Virus record (IMG/VR): IMGVR_UViG_3300045988_136686
Coordinates: 3,686-67,685 of that record
Reading direction: 5' to 3' (one strand)
From: a virus
DNA length: 64,000 bases
Shown: positions 18,792 through 27,813 of the stretch, in pieces
Numbering within the stretch: position 1 is the stretch's first letter
How the letters are laid out: every line of letters begins with the position of its first letter
Translations under genes and position numbers: made by a program
The notes under the pieces: generated by a model
The model's input: only the letters and a program-made list of their open reading frames with translations
What the model was told of the DNA's origin: nothing
The model's database searches: none

Positions 18792-20192
18792 TTATTCCGG
18801 TTCTTCGAATATATTGCTTATCCTGCTTCTGGAAGCATCTGCATCTTCTTTTTGGATTTGGGCAAGAGTTTCTTGTGGATCAGTAGAGATACCTAAGTTC
18901 TTGATGGCCTCTAATTGGCTGACAACTGCTTTTCCACCACTTGCTGTAACCCATTTTTCTATTTCTGACTTTTCATCATTTTGGATAAACGGAGTTATGA
19001 TGTGCTCAACCTCAACATTATCTACTTCATTTTTCCAAGAAACATTCATCATTTTTAGAAAGGCTTTGATTACGCTACATTCACGTTCAAATGCTTCTAT
19101 CCATGCACCACTTTCATCTCCAACCTTTAAATGAGCGTCAGTAAGTAAAGTCTGCCTTGCATCAAATCCGATATTGCCAAGAGACTTCATGTTTTCGAAG
19201 GAAATATCCGGCATTTGTGATTGTGACCAGAACAACTCAACAAGGGTATCGACATGATATTTTAATGCCTCGATAGATTGTGCCCATGAAACATAGGACA
19301 CGTCCCCGTTTTGTTCTACTCGGTAAACTCTACGGCTTTCTCCTTTATCTTCTCCTCCTTTTATGCCACCTGCTATTTTTAGGATAGGAGCGGAGTTATA
19401 TGCTATGACATCGCTATTGCGTGAGAGGGTATATTCGATTTCTTTTCTGATATAGGAAAGACCGTGATAAATGGGAACAGGACGATAAACGTATACTCCA
19501 GGTATTTTCAGAATAACGACCGGTTCTGATTTTACTAATTCCCAGCCGTTTCCCTGTTGTTTCCATTTATAATGAATGTTTGCCGTGTATGTCTCGAAAT
19601 AGGTAACTTCTTCATTTTTGGCCTTTTTTGTGTATTCAAAAGACATTGCGATCATATCGCCAAGCTCATCAAGTAGAGGGTATAAGCTAACACCGTCCAT
19701 TGGTGAGTAGGTTTTGCATTTTAGCTTATATTTACTTTTAAAGCCGTATAGAGTGTTGGGATTCTCAACTGTGTACCAAATGGTGAACACTTCGCATGAA
19801 GCAAAGTAAGCATTGCCTCGCTTAATATTCTCACTGTAAATACGGGCATACTTATATATCGCTTCAATCGCTTTCGCAATACTTTGGCGGGTTTCATTGT
19901 CTTCTATATTGTGATATACACGTTTAACCGGGATAGCGAACATGAATTCAGTCATTCGCTTGGTGAGGAGTTTTTCAAGTCCGATGTAGATACGGGAAGC
20001 TTTTTCTGTATCTCCATTAGAGCGGATCTTATCTTTACGGGTAACTGTGTCAGATACTATATCATGTTCTGTTGGTTCGTAGTCTTTGAGAAGTTTATCC
20101 CATGAGGGGACTGTTACAGACTTTTCTTTCAAATCGTTGATTATGTTATCAACGGGCCGCGTACTGTCTAAGATAGAGGTGATTTCGTCCAT
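18792..20192 (-). CDS. portal protein (SPP1 gp6-like)
   Basis: 466 aa. Its size, its position upstream of the gp7-like gene, and segments such as MPDISFENMKSLGNIGFDARQTLLTDAHLK fit SPP1-type portals. Confidence 0.75.
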   Translation of the reverse strand: MDEITSILDSTRPVDNIINDLKEKSVTVPSWDKLLKDYEPTEHDIVSDTVTRKDKIRSNGDTEKASRIYIGLEKLLTKRMTEFMFAIPVKRVYHNIEDNETRQSIAKAIEAIYKYARIYSENIKRGNAYFASCEVFTIWYTVENPNTLYGFKSKYKLKCKTYSPMDGVSLYPLLDELGDMIAMSFEYTKKAKNEEVTYFETYTANIHYKWKQQGNGWELVKSEPVVILKIPGVYVYRPVPIYHGLSYIRKEIEYTLSRNSDVIAYNSAPILKIAGGIKGGEDKGESRRVYRVEQNGDVSYVSWAQSIEALKYHVDTLVELFWSQSQMPDISFENMKSLGNIGFDARQTLLTDAHLKVGDESGAWIEAFERECSVIKAFLKMMNVSWKNEVDNVEVEHIITPFIQNDEKSEIEKWVTASGGKAVVSQLEAIKNLGISTDPQETLAQIQKEDADASRSRISNIFEEPE

Positions 20193-20270
20193 TTGAGTAG
20201 AATATTACTTAATATTCGTTTTTACTTGGTGCAAATATAATAAAAGTCGCGTAATTTATATCACTTTTAT

Positions 20271-20543
20271 TTATAAATATCCAACTAATTTGATAGCTTC
20301 ATGCATGTAATAAGGGAAATTAATGACAGCAATCTCACCAGAATATCCACAACGCCATAATTCAGCCTGCCAATCTTGTATATCATCACGTTCATCAATA
20401 TTGTACTTCTTCATTAAATCTCTCATGATAGCGCAATCCTCATATCTTTCCGTAACTTTAGCAGAAGAATAAAGATTGAGTAAGACGTATTCTCCATAAA
20501 GGAGGAGTACTTTTTCAAATATATCAAGTCGATCTTGTGTCAT
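20271..20543 (-). CDS. hypothetical protein
   Basis: 90 aa ORF. Confidence 0.5.
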   Translation of the reverse strand: MTQDRLDIFEKVLLLYGEYVLLNLYSSAKVTERYEDCAIMRDLMKKYNIDERDDIQDWQAELWRCGYSGEIAVINFPYYMHEAIKLVGYL

Positions 20544-20551
20544 ATCTATTT

Positions 20552-20869
20552 TTAAAAGTCACACATTATAGTATATTTAGTTTGCAAAATCTTTAGAACC
20601 TTCTCTGTTACATGAATTATATTTTCATTATACCTTCTTACGTTTCTACCATATCCCTGTATGTCTTTGTTTATCTCCTGGCGAAGTGTAGTACTTTTAG
20701 GCAAACTGATTTCATAGAAATTGCCATCAATTGAAGTTATCAACATATCAGCTTGCTTCTTTTGACAATCAAGTTCTGTTTCTTTGTATTCACCTTTGGG
20801 AATGAAATTAGGATTGGGTACTAAGTAGCCTTCTGCTACTACATTTCCATTTATATCATATACTTTCAT
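20552..20869 (-). CDS. hypothetical protein
   Basis: 105 aa ORF. Confidence 0.5.
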   Translation of the reverse strand: MKVYDINGNVVAEGYLVPNPNFIPKGEYKETELDCQKKQADMLITSIDGNFYEISLPKSTTLRQEINKDIQGYGRNVRRYNENIIHVTEKVLKILQTKYTIMCDF

Positions 20870-21156
20870 AATCGTGTTTTCATGACATTATCAGTAATTT
20901 TGTTCCCTGTACTATCAAATACTTCTATGGTTGGTCTACCTCCGTTATCAATAGGAGAAATAGCCTCTGATGTTTCATATAAAGTTTCTCCGTCTGTAAC
21001 CATTATCTGCTTGTCATCTTCAAAACAAAGTACATCTTCACCTTCCCATGATTTTATTATTTCTAACGCTTCTTTATAACTTTCTGCTTCGATAGAAAAC
21101 TGAGTACGCTCCCAACATGTTACTTTGCGGTCCTGATAAAAATCAAATGTTTTCAT
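20866..21156 (-). CDS. hypothetical protein
   Basis: 96 aa ORF downstream of repeat element copy B. Confidence 0.5.
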   Translation of the reverse strand: MKTFDFYQDRKVTCWERTQFSIEAESYKEALEIIKSWEGEDVLCFEDDKQIMVTDGETLYETSEAISPIDNGGRPTIEVFDSTGNKITDNVMKTRL

Positions 21157-21189
21157 TGCTATACTATTTTAGTAAATAATATTGGTTTC

Positions 21190-21283
21190 TTTTAGTATTG
21201 TAAAGATACTCATTATCAGTGAGTTAACCAAATATTTACAACCTTATTTTGCTCATAATCAATAGTTTAACTTTTGGTAACTT
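21190..21283. repeat. 94-nt intergenic repeat element, copy B
   Basis: 92 of 94 nt identical to 1425..1518, in the same orientation and the same position relative to the next gene start. Confidence 0.85.
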
Positions 21284-21476
21284 TACAATTTCCGTTTATA
21301 TCCTGCTTTGTCCCATTATAAAATCTCATCATGTTTATTCTTGTATTAATTTTTTGCTTAATATTTTTCTTTTTGAGTTGTTCACCCCACTGATAGGCTT
21401 CCTCAATGACACTCTTGCAATGTTTCTTCTCCCAATTCTCGCAGAAAGGATATGACTTGTATATACTCTCAATCAT
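21267..21476 (-). CDS. hypothetical protein
   Basis: 69 aa ORF. Its last 17 nt lie inside repeat copy B. Confidence 0.4.
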   Translation of the reverse strand: MIESIYKSYPFCENWEKKHCKSVIEEAYQWGEQLKKKNIKQKINTRINMMRFYNGTKQDINGNCKVTKS

Positions 21477-21511
21477 GTTTCAAATAATTTTTTATAACTC
21501 ATATTTTACTC

Positions 21512-21946
21512 CTAATTTTCATCAAATATGCTTTCGATTTTTTTGTTCACCCTGTCACATGTATCTCCAAAGGAAATGGCAAAAGATTCGTCGCCTACAC
21601 GGTCTATGATGGATCGCAGGTCACGGGCGATGTGGTTGAACGCCCGCAGTTCTTCCAGCATAGGGAGGGTAACAGTGCCGTCATATTTTTTCAGTAGCGA
21701 AAGTAAATCGACAGCGGAGGATTCTGCAATGTCCGCCAACACTGGGATTTTTCTCAGGAGGCGATTACATTTATCTTTGTCCTCTTTGCTCATGGTGTCG
21801 GTGATTGTTTTTGCCGTGACTTGCTCACGGGTTTGTAGTAGCCGGTCGTATTGCCTTCGTAAGTTGTCAAACAGAGCGAAGTCACCCCTTCTCAGAGCCT
21901 TCTCCATCTTCCGGCTGTACTCCTCTTTCAATATTTCAATGTCCAT
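21512..21946 (-). CDS. hypothetical protein
   Basis: 144 aa ORF. Confidence 0.55.
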   Translation of the reverse strand: MDIEILKEEYSRKMEKALRRGDFALFDNLRRQYDRLLQTREQVTAKTITDTMSKEDKDKCNRLLRKIPVLADIAESSAVDLLSLLKKYDGTVTLPMLEELRAFNHIARDLRSIIDRVGDESFAISFGDTCDRVNKKIESIFDEN

Positions 21947-22190
21947 GATTATTCCAAAGTTTAACTAATTGTTTTTCTGTATATGGTTCTTTTACACCCA
22001 TATTTGCATTCACATACCATATTCCTATGGAATCAACAAGTATGAACTCATTTATCTTTATCTGGTATATCTCACTATCGGGGTGTGCTTCTTTTACAGC
22101 AATTAATGTATCTCCATTTGTATAGCAGCTTGTTAGTATAAGCGATACTAATAAAAGCAATAAAAATTTCTTCATAGTTACTCCTCCCAC
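21936..22190 (-). CDS. small lipoprotein
   Basis: Signal peptide plus lipobox KKFLLLLLVSLILTSC. Confidence 0.6.
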   Translation of the reverse strand: MGGVTMKKFLLLLLVSLILTSCYTNGDTLIAVKEAHPDSEIYQIKINEFILVDSIGIWYVNANMGVKEPYTEKQLVKLWNNHGH

Positions 22191-22672
22191 TCGATTTTAA
22201 TGGTTGTAATATAGCCATATTCTATACTTCTATTTTTCAAGGCATCTTCCTTAGTTAAATAAGCACAACAAACTGTATCCTCGAAATCTTTATAGATATT
22301 AATCCACCCCTCTTTCTTTTCGGGGAGCATCATGAGGTCTCTTTCAGTTCCAACATTACATTTTCCATCTTTGTTGTAATAGAATATAGCTTCACATCCT
22401 TTATCTTCCAATAATGCTATAATTGGATAATTACCTTTGTTAATAGTATCAAAGCAAATAATCCTTGCCTTTCTACCATCACGAGTACATACAGGTTTAC
22501 CGGCTTTGGCTGCTTCGAAGTCAAAGGGTTTTAGATTCAATTTCTTTTCTTCCATATTTTCTAATTTTAATTCGGTTTCTACTAAAAATGAGTCTTTATC
22601 ACAGGAGTCAAAATTACATGCTTGCTCTTTAAACAAACAGTGCACACATGAGTATCCATCAATAGACCTCAA
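22178..22672 (-). CDS. cysteine-rich protein; N-terminus probably extends upstream
   Basis: 164 aa from a TTG start. The same frame stays open for 79 more codons (to 22909) with coding-like, Cys-rich sequence and no ATG, GTG or TTG. Confidence 0.55.
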   Translation of the reverse strand: MRSIDGYSCVHCLFKEQACNFDSCDKDSFLVETELKLENMEEKKLNLKPFDFEAAKAGKPVCTRDGRKARIICFDTINKGNYPIIALLEDKGCEAIFYYNKDGKCNVGTERDLMMLPEKKEGWINIYKDFEDTVCCAYLTKEDALKNRSIEYGYITTIKIEWEE

Positions 22673-22899
22673 TCTTTGAAGTACTTTACCCTCATAAACA
22701 AAAGGCTCTCCGACCTTTTCAAGTTTCTTGAAGATTACAGATTTACCATCTTTTCTATTGCTTGATAAACATTCTCCTCTTATCTTAAATGCATCAATAC
22801 AATGAATATTATTCTGGACAGTTAAATTACAATTCTCACATCCAAAAGATTTTGTATGAATACACTGATACCATTCTCCGTTGTACTCAAATATTTCTC

Positions 22900-23238
22900 C
22901 TACTTTTCTTTACATATCTTACTGTATTTTAATCGTTCAAATTCTATTATCTCCTTATCCCATAGTTGGGCCACGAAATGTTCTAACTGGCATCCCTTGG
23001 ATTTTTCCCAACCGGGGCAAAGGCATATCGCATCGCATTCCATTAGTGCCTTTATATCGTTTCCCAGAAGTTCATGATAGGGTTTGTCCAAATCGGGGTT
23101 TACATCGAAGTCTATCGGTGTGACGACACGGTAACCTTCCCCTTCGAGGACTCCCGAAACGTATAGTATTTCACTTTCCACTTCATCGAAGTCCCTGCCG
23201 GTGATGGGTAGGGAGATGTAGATTTTCTTTTTATTCAT
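22900..23238 (-). CDS. DUF4406 / nucleoside 2-deoxyribosyltransferase-like protein
   Basis: Start trimmed to MNKKKIYISLPITG. Motif ECDAICLCPGWEKSKGCQLE resembles DUF4406. Confidence 0.6.
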   Translation of the reverse strand: MNKKKIYISLPITGRDFDEVESEILYVSGVLEGEGYRVVTPIDFDVNPDLDKPYHELLGNDIKALMECDAICLCPGWEKSKGCQLEHFVAQLWDKEIIEFERLKYSKICKEK

Positions 23239-23260
23239 TTTCAATGATTGCTTTATAATA

Positions 23261-23587
23261 TTATCTGTTATCTCCATTTCCGCCAATCACACCCCTTTGT
23301 TTCCGGGAAGCTAATTTGGTATAGTTCATTTCTCCGATTTTTTCAAGCGTATATCCTAAGTCATGTGAGAGGGTAGCGATATACCAAAGCACATCGCCGA
23401 GTTCCTTTGCCAATTCGCATTTTATGCTTTCTGAGAAATCTCCGTTGTGGTCTCGTAGTACCTTTTTTACTTTATCCGATACTTCGCCGGCTTCTCCAGT
23501 CAGTCCGAGTGTCGGGTAAATTATGTTATATTCTCTCCGGTATTGAGCTGTTTCAAGTGCCTTTTTCTGATATTCATTCAGTGTCAT
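23261..23587 (-). CDS. mazG: MazG-like nucleotide pyrophosphohydrolase
   Basis: 108 aa. LNEYQKKALETA...GLTGEAGEVSDKVKK...ELGDVLWY is the typical MazG EXXE/EXXD pattern. Confidence 0.8.
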   Translation of the reverse strand: MTLNEYQKKALETAQYRREYNIIYPTLGLTGEAGEVSDKVKKVLRDHNGDFSESIKCELAKELGDVLWYIATLSHDLGYTLEKIGEMNYTKLASRKQRGVIGGNGDNR

Positions 23588-23887
23588 TTTTATTCTCCTT
23601 TTTAGTTATAATATTGATTATCTCATTATGTTTGGTATTAAATCTTTGATGTATGCCCTGCGAACTATATTTACATCACGTAAAAAGAGGAAAAGACCTT
23701 GTTCGTCCGTAATCATATTTCATTTTAAATCGAATATCTTGCTTGAATCCCTAATAGAATCAATAGACATCTTGGCACTCATTTGCCCCATAAATTCAGC
23801 GAAATCCATCGCCCGATCCCAACTAGACCATCTATGAGTAATCTCTACTAGTTCAAAGGCATTTAGTAATACCAATTTTTCATTTTT

Positions 23888-24256
23888 CTATCTCAGGTCA
23901 TTTACCGCATTTCTTACTCTGTGATAAAATTTGTCATTATATCTTTTTGCGTTATATGGTTCCGCACCTTCTCTTGGTTCAATACTACGATATTTAACCG
24001 AAAACGAAGGAAGTTTATCTTCGCACATTGCATTATATACATCACTCTCCACCGGGCCATATGGCACAGCATAGAAATTATCGAATATGTCTAAAAGGTC
24101 ATCGCCTCCATCTTTCTTAGGAGCAGCAGCCAAAAACAGCAGCTTCATGGCTGTAAGTTTAGGAAACGGCTTGCCCTTAATCGTTTCATGATTATCCCGC
24201 CACTCTTCAAAAAGGTGGAGCATATAATCAAATGCCTCTATTTTATCTACTTCCAT
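23888..24256 (-). CDS. Panacea (DUF4065)-like protein, interrupted by in-frame TAG
   Basis: 122 aa with MKLLFLAAAP...FYAVPYGPVESDVY. After the TAG the same frame continues for 55 codons (to 23720) and encodes the missing domain half, ELVEITHRWSSWDRA. Confidence 0.6.
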   Translation of the reverse strand: MEVDKIEAFDYMLHLFEEWRDNHETIKGKPFPKLTAMKLLFLAAAPKKDGGDDLLDIFDNFYAVPYGPVESDVYNAMCEDKLPSFSVKYRSIEPREGAEPYNAKRYNDKFYHRVRNAVNDLR

Positions 24257-24260
24257 AATT

Positions 24261-24989
24261 TCACTTTACCAATTCAAAATCATACACAAATACATAGGGG
24301 TTTCTCTCCCATGTGCCTTTACCGCTTACTTTATCAATTAGAATTTCGTAGGCATCTTGCGGCGTACAATAAGGTTGTATATCATTTGGAACATAGTATG
24401 CGTCCATAAAATGAGTATCTGCACTACCACATTGCCCCTTTATTATTCCCTCTTTCAAACAATCTTCATCTGAAATATCTTGTAACCGTTCAACACGTAC
24501 ATTGGTTATGCGGATTTGGTGTGGCATTAGCTCCGGCTTCACATACATTTTATTTGTCCAGCCTGCACCGTTTGGGAATAAATTAGGATTGCACTCATCA
24601 TTGTAAAAGGAATTGTAGCTTTGAGCGACGGCTACGATTTCACCTACTTTATACGGGAGTCGGAATATGCTACCACCTTCCAGCTTTGCTCCATAACCAC
24701 AGAACTCACAATAAACACTACCATCTTCGTTGACAACCAAACTCATGGGTTTGTCCTTCCAATATGCTGATTTATAAAAACGATGTACCGTAGAACAGTC
24801 CTCCGGTTGTGGATTCATTATCCGCCTTGTCTGAGTTTTTATACCTTCAAGTACGGCTTGTGTGAGTCCGTTTGCGAAATCGCAACGTTGGTTGTCGATG
24901 ACTTCTCTTTTGTAATCAGACAGATAATTTTCTGTATAATTCTTTTTCATGTACTCATCGAAACTCTTTTCAATTGTTTTTTCGTTCAT
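24261..24989 (-). CDS. ASCH (PUA-like) domain protein
   Basis: 242 aa. Motifs AVLEGIKTQTRRI and VRVERLQDISDEDCLKEGI resemble ASCH domains. Confidence 0.45.
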   Translation of the reverse strand: MNEKTIEKSFDEYMKKNYTENYLSDYKREVIDNQRCDFANGLTQAVLEGIKTQTRRIMNPQPEDCSTVHRFYKSAYWKDKPMSLVVNEDGSVYCEFCGYGAKLEGGSIFRLPYKVGEIVAVAQSYNSFYNDECNPNLFPNGAGWTNKMYVKPELMPHQIRITNVRVERLQDISDEDCLKEGIIKGQCGSADTHFMDAYYVPNDIQPYCTPQDAYEILIDKVSGKGTWERNPYVFVYDFELVK

Positions 24990-25044
24990 TGCTCTCCTCC
25001 TTTCATAAGTTCGATTTCTCTCATATCTGTATGATTTTTATAAT

Positions 25045-25800
25045 TTATTGAAATAAACTGACTTGTATTCTTTTCAAGACCTTTTCATTTGCGTCGTTAT
25101 AGAACTGTTTGTTGACCTCGAAGCCATATGCCTTTCTTCCCAATGAGGCTGCCGCATACAGGGTTGTGCCGCTTCCTGCGCACGGGTCGATGACAACATC
25201 GCCCTTGTCCGTGAATATCTCTATCAACCGTTTGAGGAGCGGGACAGGTTTCTGGCAAGGGTGGCATTTGGGCGTGGTGTTGTCCCTCACCCAGTCGAAG
25301 CAGTTGAAAATCATTCTCCCGTTGTTGTTGAATTTGGGCAACTTGTCCCGATAAAGGATAAGACCGTATTCGCAGTTGCCGACGACCTTCATGTTTGCTT
25401 TCAACACTTGCGCAGAGAAGTCCTTGCGGAAAACCAGCGGTATGTAGTGATTTAACCCGTATTTGCGGCCTAACTCTATGAATTTGAACTGCTGTTCGTA
25501 CTCGCAGAACAGTATCATGCAGGGGGATTTGCCGGCTTCTTTCGGCTCTTTCACGAGCATTTTTGAACAGAAGTGCATGAACTCGGCCGGACGAAACTCG
25601 CTGTCGGACGAGAAGAATTGTTTGCCTGCCAATGCGCTCTCGCCGTTCTTGTTGTCTCCGTCGATATACCATGCGGGGTTGCTGGCGTAGGCGTTATTCG
25701 CCAAATTATACGGCACATCTGCTATAATCAGCTGCGCTTTTGGCAGACCATAGACTTTATAATTCTGGAATGAGTCGTTGTAAAGCTCTATGTCTTTCAT
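25045..25800 (-). CDS. DNA N6-adenine/N4-cytosine methyltransferase (beta class)
   Basis: 251 aa. Motif IV-like IIADVPYNL lies N-terminal to motif I VIDPCAGSGTT. Confidence 0.85.
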   Translation of the reverse strand: MKDIELYNDSFQNYKVYGLPKAQLIIADVPYNLANNAYASNPAWYIDGDNKNGESALAGKQFFSSDSEFRPAEFMHFCSKMLVKEPKEAGKSPCMILFCEYEQQFKFIELGRKYGLNHYIPLVFRKDFSAQVLKANMKVVGNCEYGLILYRDKLPKFNNNGRMIFNCFDWVRDNTTPKCHPCQKPVPLLKRLIEIFTDKGDVVIDPCAGSGTTLYAAASLGRKAYGFEVNKQFYNDANEKVLKRIQVSLFQ

Positions 25801-25923
25801 ACTTAACTTTCCTTTTTGCTGTAATTCTCAATTTGTTTTAATAATTTGGACAGTACACGGCAGTCTCGAATAGTCTTACCCGTAGCCTAATTACTGTATG
25901 ATCTACATCTAACAACCCTATCC

Positions 25924-26226
25924 TCATAAGTCACTGAGATTAAAAGTTTTTATTTCCTCCTCGGTGAACCAATATTTGACTTTGAGAGGCCTTATGCTGT
26001 AAAGCATTTCGTCGTAGCTATTCCTATTGTATATCTCGTCTAATCGGCTATATAGTTGCTTAGCTCTGTCTATGTCTTCATAGATAACTCGCTGAACTTC
26101 TTCATTGGAACAGTTGATAATATGCTTCGAGAAAACATATACTCGGTCATTCCTTATGTCAAGATAAATAAATATTACAAGCGTAATAAAAAGAATGGCT
26201 AATCCCGCTATCAATGTTATTTCCAT
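25924..26226 (-). CDS. small membrane protein
   Basis: 100 aa. N-terminal TM helix ITLIAGLAILFITLVIFIYL. Confidence 0.5.
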   Translation of the reverse strand: MEITLIAGLAILFITLVIFIYLDIRNDRVYVFSKHIINCSNEEVQRVIYEDIDRAKQLYSRLDEIYNRNSYDEMLYSIRPLKVKYWFTEEEIKTFNLSDL

Positions 26227-26241
26227 GTCATTTCTCCTTTC

Positions 26242-26886
26242 TTAATTTTGCTTCAAATCATTCATTTCATATCCCATGTTAAACAGCCATTTGAGCTCTT
26301 CCCATTCCTCGAAGGTGAGGCTGGTGGTTCTGCTTCGTTCCCATTCCCGTTCCTTTTCCTCCTGCCTTTTTTTGTCCTCATAGAACCGCAATAGTTTCTC
26401 TCTGTCGGCTCTGAACTCTCGAAGAGACCTTGTTATCACCATAGGGTCGAAAACTCCGTAGAACGTACCGTAAAGCCCCTGTTTGAACCGCTGGAAGAAT
26501 ACCATGAACTCGGTAAGTTTGAAATCGCCATAGCCGGAGATGATGATACGGGCTATCTCCTCGTATTCCTTTTCCGTCATTCCGTCCTTGCGGACTCCCG
26601 AAAATTCGGCGAGGTCGAGAAGCTGTATTTCCAGCCACGACTCGGCGATGTGACTGCCGAACGTCCTCGATACACGGGCTATGCTCGGAGCTTTGCCGAT
26701 AAAGCATCGTTCGAGGCTCTGGCAATAGCGGCCTTGATTGTCGGGGCTAAAAAGGCAGAGCAGATTCTCCCCCGTCTTGTAGGTTGCCAGTATCTCCCGT
26801 TGCCAGCTTGGTGGCGATGGCTTTTGCAAACTCTTCAACTCGCTCCTGTTTAGTCTTTCCGGTAGCAGCTCTTCTATTTTTTTCAT
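26242..26886 (-). CDS. hypothetical protein (replication module)
   Basis: 214 aa. Overlaps the 3' end of the upstream gene by 140 nt. Confidence 0.5.
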   Translation of the reverse strand: MKKIEELLPERLNRSELKSLQKPSPPSWQREILATYKTGENLLCLFSPDNQGRYCQSLERCFIGKAPSIARVSRTFGSHIAESWLEIQLLDLAEFSGVRKDGMTEKEYEEIARIIISGYGDFKLTEFMVFFQRFKQGLYGTFYGVFDPMVITRSLREFRADREKLLRFYEDKKRQEEKEREWERSRTTSLTFEEWEELKWLFNMGYEMNDLKQN

Positions 26887-27616
26887 ACTTTTTCTCGTTG
26901 TTTGCCCATGTGGCGAGCCGCTTGGAGAGCTCCCATGTGGGCTGTTTCTCGAATCTCATTTTCGTTTGGGAGGCGTTCATCTCCGACCAATAGTCGAAGA
27001 ATGCCCGAAGCATTTCTTTCCCGTACTTGTCGGCATAAGGGATAAGGGAATGATAAAAGGCTTCTTTTCTTTCGTGCGTGGCGGCGGACGCCGCTTTTTT
27101 CTTTATACTCTCGTTAGAGAGTATTTCTTTTTTTTCTTTTTCTTTTATTTTCTTTTGTGGTATTTTCTCAGAGTTTATAGGCATTTCTTCGGAAGAAATA
27201 GGCATTTCCTCGGAGGAAATATGTTTTTCCTCGGAAGAAATAAGGGAATATTCGACAAAATCGCATTTCCGATTGATCTGTTTGCAAATGTCCCTGTATC
27301 GTTCCTGTATTCCTTTCGATGACAACACATGTTCCATTTCAAATAATTCTTTGGAAAATAACCCCAGTGCCAGACAGCTCTTAATCACTTCTGATATATA
27401 TGCCTCTTCAAACCCGGTCTGTTCCGAAATAATGAAGGGCAACTCTTCGTCCCACATCATGTAGTACCCACCCTTGTAGATAAGACATAGCAGGAGAGCA
27501 TATACCGTCATAGCTTTACCGCCTTGATACTTGATTAACTTTCGTATTCTTATATCTTGAAATGTGTCTATGTCAAAAGGAAAATAGTCCAATCCCATTT
27601 TTCTATTTCGTCCCAT
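26747..27616 (-). CDS. DUF4373 / replisome-organiser-like protein
   Basis: 289 aa. N-terminal GLDYFPFDIDTFQDIRIRKLIKYQGGKAMTVYALLLCLIY resembles the DUF4373 (Lin1244-like) N-terminal domain. Contains an internal ISSEEMP repeat. Confidence 0.6.
   Translation of the reverse strand: MGRNRKMGLDYFPFDIDTFQDIRIRKLIKYQGGKAMTVYALLLCLIYKGGYYMMWDEELPFIISEQTGFEEAYISEVIKSCLALGLFSKELFEMEHVLSSKGIQERYRDICKQINRKCDFVEYSLISSEEKHISSEEMPISSEEMPINSEKIPQKKIKEKEKKEILSNESIKKKAASAATHERKEAFYHSLIPYADKYGKEMLRAFFDYWSEMNASQTKMRFEKQPTWELSKRLATWANNEKKYEKNRRAATGKTKQERVEEFAKAIATKLATGDTGNLQDGGESALPF
27180..27242. repeat. three tandem 21-bp palindrome-containing repeats (iteron-like)
   Basis: GGCATTTCTTCGGAAGAAATA / GGCATTTCCTCGGAGGAAATA / TGTTTTTCCTCGGAAGAAATA. 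Each carries an 8+1+8 palindrome. Confidence 0.8.
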
Positions 27617-27813
27617 GTATATTTAGTTCCTATTTTCTTTTTATAAACTCATGAATTTTACTCATAATATGACAATTTCCACTGACGTGAAACGGTTGGG
27701 AAACTGTAAGATTGTGCTCATAATTGTTCTTATTTATTACATGGTAAATTTAATATATTATTTACTTTTTGACAAATATAAACATCTGTAAATCAAATGA
27801 TTAAACATTTTTT

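Noticed and set aside
25097-25672. 191-aa minus-strand ORF in another frame of the methyltransferase gene
   Set aside because: It is Arg-rich nonsense. The overlapping frame carries the clear DPPY-like and FxGxG methyltransferase motifs.
26378-26725. Read-through continuation after the TAG stop of the DUF4373 gene
   Set aside because: The continued frame is the Arg-rich alternative frame of the real 26242..26886 gene. It is not coding-like.
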